Source: an uncultured Coprobacillus sp. (GTDB taxonomy: Bacteria > Bacillota_I > Bacilli_A > ML615J-28 > CAG-698). From it: a DNA stretch of 64,000 nucleotides. Made by a program: the position numbers and the translations under genes. Below are positions 62,731 to 64,000 of this stretch, one piece after another. The stretch covers positions 84,306 through 148,305 of the forward strand of contig CAYMGD010000002.1 in the NCBI GenBank assembly GCA_964389905.1, in the 5' to 3' direction. The first letter of the stretch is position 1. Each line of letters opens with the position of its first letter. The notes under the pieces are model-generated. The model did not search any database, was not told the origin of the DNA, and worked only from the letters and a program-made list of their open reading frames with translations.

Positions 62731-63282
62731 CTAGCATTCCTCACTATGCTCTACTTTTTCAATAAAATTAATTAATTTCTTTTTTGATATATCAAAATAA
62801 TATGGACGTTCCCAAAACTTTCTTCTTAGTATTGGAATTTTATATATTTTAGACTCTTTGTTTTTTTCAGATATATGTAAACATAGAATAATAACATCAT
62901 TAAAATTAAAATTGTTCTCTATAAATCTGCCTAGTTTTGTTTCATAACTCTTTGATATAAATATTTCTCTATTTCTTTTTTTAAAATAACTTATAACTTT
63001 TTTAATGATTATCTCAATATCTTCTTGATTAATTTGAGTTATGAACTCAATATTTTGAGAACACTTAGGGCAGAAAAATACTTTATGAATAAATTCGCAT
63101 GATCCAATCATTATCGCTCCATCTCCACCAGCATCAAAGTCATAATATTTTGCTTCTTCTGATTTTTGATCTACAACTTTTCGATGTTTAACAATCATTA
63201 ATTTTTCGCCACATTTATAACAAAAATGTTCTCTAAACTTAACTTTAAAGGTGTTACCATAATTGTACCAATATTTATTCAT
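62731..63282 (-). CDS. Hypothetical Zn-ribbon protein, probable immunity protein
   Basis: CYKC...CPKC; GGGAGG RBS directly after an RHS tip. Confidence 0.55.
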   Translation of the reverse strand: MNKYWYNYGNTFKVKFREHFCYKCGEKLMIVKHRKVVDQKSEEAKYYDFDAGGDGAIMIGSCEFIHKVFFCPKCSQNIEFITQINQEDIEIIIKKVISYFKKRNREIFISKSYETKLGRFIENNFNFNDVIILCLHISEKNKESKIYKIPILRRKFWERPYYFDISKKKLINFIEKVEHSEEC

Positions 63283-63298
63283 AACTCAATCCTCCCTA

Positions 63299-64000
63299 TT
63301 AAAATAATCCATCAAATCGGATTCTAATATAGAAATCCCATCCGACACCTAAAGCAAATCCAGAGCCAAAATAAAATTCCATTTTTCCATCATTGGTAGG
63401 CCTCAAACCAATACCTACTCTTCCACCAATAGAACCAAGTTCTCCAGATAATCCAGTTTCTATTTGAAGACCAAATATATCAAATTGTCCACCAACTCTT
63501 CCGCTCAATGCTGTAGCTTTTGCCTCCGCACCCATAAAGTAGATGTTTTTTTTAGGATCAATAAATATTCCCACCATGCCTGATACAGTTAATGCATCTC
63601 CGACAGCCTTTAAAGATATATTTAAATCATCACTTCCAAATCCAATTTGACCACTTGCATTTAAAACAGAAAACTTTCCCGCGATACCGACCTTAATAGT
63701 GCCTTTTTTTAAACTAATTTGAGCTCTTGCATTCCAATCAGCGTAAAGGCTAGTGACACTCCCACTACCAAACAGTAATCCATTTTTAAATGAACCTTTT
63801 AATGTTTGGTTAAATATTCTAGAACTGCTACCTGTTACACTTACAATAGGAACAAACCCTCCGCTTAATGTCCCAGATAACGATGGATCAGTAATTGAAC
63901 AAGTGGAAGAAACGGGTCTTTGTTTGTAATTCACAGGATTATTATAACAGTAGCAGTATAAATTTAATCCATTAATACTTTCAGGATCTAAATACTCAAT
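63299..64000 (-). CDS. RHS core end plus Gly-rich beta-strand tip (runs off the window)
   Basis: Frame open from 64000: IEYLDPESINGLNLYCYCYNNPVNY... Confidence 0.8.
   Translation of the reverse strand: MEYLDPESINGLNLYCYCYNNPVNYKQRPVSSTCSITDPSLSGTLSGGFVPIVSVTGSSSRIFNQTLKGSFKNGLLFGSGSVTSLYADWNARAQISLKKGTIKVGIAGKFSVLNASGQIGFGSDDLNISLKAVGDALTVSGMVGIFIDPKKNIYFMGAEAKATALSGRVGGQFDIFGLQIETGLSGELGSIGGRVGIGLRPTNDGKMEFYFGSGFALGVGWDFYIRIRFDGLF

Noticed and set aside
1-64000. CRISPR arrays, rRNA, tRNA, prophage or integrase genes
   Set aside because: None recognised on either strand by eye

Overview
Very AT-rich bacterial chromosomal segment read in standard code 11. It is probably from an uncultured, anaerobic, Acholeplasmatales/Izemoplasmatales-like member of Bacilli; this is inferred from composition and gene content only. 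Housekeeping genes are mostly on the minus strand: tsaE-tsaB-rimI-tsaD, pgi, nifU, a lysine-riboswitch-controlled amino-acid ABC transporter, ispDF, cdaA, hflX, rbsK, glycerate kinase, tldD/pmbA, T-box-controlled type-2 ileS, a type IV pilus cluster and PFOR. Sporulation-type genes (cwlD-like, yunB) are also present. Three RHS polymorphic-toxin loci are interspersed. The most notable is an immunity-RHS-immunity sandwich (11.1-19.7 kb). In it, a 2149-codon secreted RHS/GIY-YIG toxin gene broken by one in-frame TAA lies between two ~917-bp direct repeats of an immunity gene; the repeats are identical in the 5' half but hypervariable in 3' patches. An AbiE toxin-antitoxin pair sits next to this locus. 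Other oddities: an operon linking a degenerate DUF4011-type helicase/nuclease, an ankyrin protein, CdaA and a GdpP-like sensor lacking the phosphodiesterase domain; a G9 tract in a promoter spacer; an orphan sRNA candidate; a group IIC intron D5-D6 remnant; tandem DUF6273 genes inside the pilus locus; and a minimal ClpC ending at its ClpP-docking loop. All family calls come from motif recognition by eye; no database searches were run.
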